DNA of 63,261 nucleotides, counting the filler, from Phoronis australis (Eukaryota > Animalia > Phoronida): assembly GCA_002633005.1 (NCBI GenBank). It is 6 parts of 6 records of this genome, joined end to end, with 100 filler letters (N's around TTAATTAATTAA, not from the genome) between each part and the next. Parts side by side here need not be neighbours in the genome. Positions count along the whole stretch, not along the records: positions 58,335 to 63,261 come from NMRA01002458.1; 5 more parts are not named here. One strand, written 5' to 3'. Below the pieces are notes generated by a model. It saw only the letters and a list, made by a program, of their open reading frames with translations. It made no database searches and was not told the origin of the DNA. Below, piece by piece: positions 61,501 through 63,261 of this stretch. Both the position numbers and the translations under genes were made by a program. The stretch's first letter is position 1. Each line of letters opens with the position of its first letter.

Positions 61501-63261
61501 ATTTGAATCCCTTTTTGATTTGAATGTTCTAGTATGCTACTTTTCTCGAACATAAAAGTTTTAAAAGAATTTTATGCCTGATTTTCCCTTCAAGAAAAAA
61601 TACACGCTCCGTCGCTTCTGTAAAGCAATGGCGTGTTTGTCTTAAAAACGTTAAGTAACCCTCACGGTCACTTCGCAAGGTTGATTTTTAGCTTTTGCCA
61701 AATTACAAGGAATGACTAACTCGTGCTTTGATACCTGAGCATTCACAGACGTCAGTTATAGATTTATCATAATACGATTGAAAAGCAGCCTGCTGTCTTT
61801 TGTATTTCTCAGCAGCAGAATGCGGGCAACCTTTGTCAGCGGGCATGGCGATTATTGCGATTAAACACGAATAGACTCACATAATAAGAATAATTTAACC
61901 GCAATGGAATTGTGCTACAGTATCGTTCTATTCGAACTTGTTAGGCGTAACAGACATTTATTGAATTTATGTGGAAGTTTACAAACATTGTTTCGGACTA
62001 AAATAAAGCGTGTTATGTTCGGCTTGTTACCACAGTACAGTAAGAATGTTAAAAACAATTACGAAACAAACGCTAGTTATATGTGAGAGGCAACGTCTGA
62101 TTTAAACTAGAGATTAAGAAGTACATAAGTTTACTTCGTTGCTGTGGCTTGCTGAGAAATGAATTGTCGACTGCGTCGTTTACTGATGTCCGGGTGTCGA
62201 CGATGGAGGAGTAGACCGACTTGTATAAGCGTTTAGAAATCAGTTGTCAAGTTAAACGGTAAGTGAAAAGCTGTTTTCGAACACGTGGCGTTGGCAATTC
62301 TATATATTGACGGTAAAAAGTACACCTGCACGTACCGCATTGGCACATTTGGTCCGAACTTGTGACAGGTCTGTTAATAAGTCCAAACCCGCCTCTGGTA
62401 TCGCCTAAATTAGACCAGAGTTCGCCAATCACAAATTGGGGTGTCCAGCACCAGGGAGTCGATTACAGCCGACTACCGAGTTGGTCAGTCCTGGCAGCAT
62501 CGCTCATATTTTTTCATTGTATCGAATCTTTTCAATTTACACCGACGCAGCGGCACGCCAATGTGAAAACTATGGGAATTTCAGTGGTCACTCTATCAAT
62601 CATGGAAAACAGTAACACACTGCGGGAGAATGTCTCTGAACTCCCGCTGGTTGGCCGAATCTCCCACACGGTCGTCACCAATTTGTCGCCAGTGAGCTTC
62701 CAATTTTGCACTCTTTCAGGGCAGGTTGTCTTAAAGTTTTTATTTTTTCTGCGACTGTCAAGAAATTTTCAAGTTCCTTAACACATGTCACCTAGACTAC
62801 CAATTCCTTGTCGGCGCACAAAACTCATCTCATTACAATTCCATTCCTTTTACGCACACTAACGCGCACAACTTTTCGTGTCTCACGAACACATTTCTTT
62901 GCAAATATTTTGAATATCGTAAAATAGAAATTGCCCGTGAATATTAACCAGGTTATAGAATTTCATCGAAAAAATACCGATACTTTATACTATTACTAAT
63001 CAAGTATGTAAAATTCAATTGTCACGTTTTAGCGTTCCATATTGACCCAGCTCAAGAGTAGAATTCTTTCCCTACTTGTAAGAACTACCTAGTGGTCACT
63101 ATGTACATACTCCTCTTGGTGAATAGTTATGCAAATGATGTCAATTCAACTCAGTTGGAGATGGCCTGCATCTTATATTTGGCACTTCATTTCATGATTC
63201 ATTTGGAAAAAATATTTTTAGTCTCCCCAAACTTTTGAGTAGACTAGAAGTATTTTTGTTT

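Noticed and set aside
62100-62800. Cys-rich short ORFs (CQCGTC) as a gene or transposase
   Set aside because: No splice structure or recognisable domain; insufficient support.

Overview
This is eukaryotic DNA with spliceosomal introns, most likely from a bilaterian invertebrate; the species cannot be assigned from sequence alone. It consists of six contigs joined by identical 100-bp N44-TTAATTAATTAA-N44 linkers, so adjacency across gaps is unproven. Spliced models were built by hand with GT-AG boundaries and consistent exon phases. Three genes are complete: an AADAC/NCEH1-like HSL-family esterase (+), an ApoD-like lipocalin (-) and an MFSD4-like MFS transporter (-). Two genes are partial: ASPM (+; CH domain plus a 3.7-kb IQ exon with an exact 146-aa super-repeat) and a probable CNOT2 5' region (-) that the ORF track misses. 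Much of the rest is transposon-derived. The 11.7-kb CNOT2-like intron holds a decayed Gmr1-like gypsy element with integrase upstream of RT, itself carrying nested insertions and sitting at the 3' end of a Penelope fragment. Elsewhere there are L1/Tx1, CR1/L2 and Penelope fragments, a Kolobok-like TTAA element, several MITE families with 5-bp TSDs (one nested in a copy of its own family) and minisatellites. I found no convincing wholly new biological system; the best leads are ranked in the findings.
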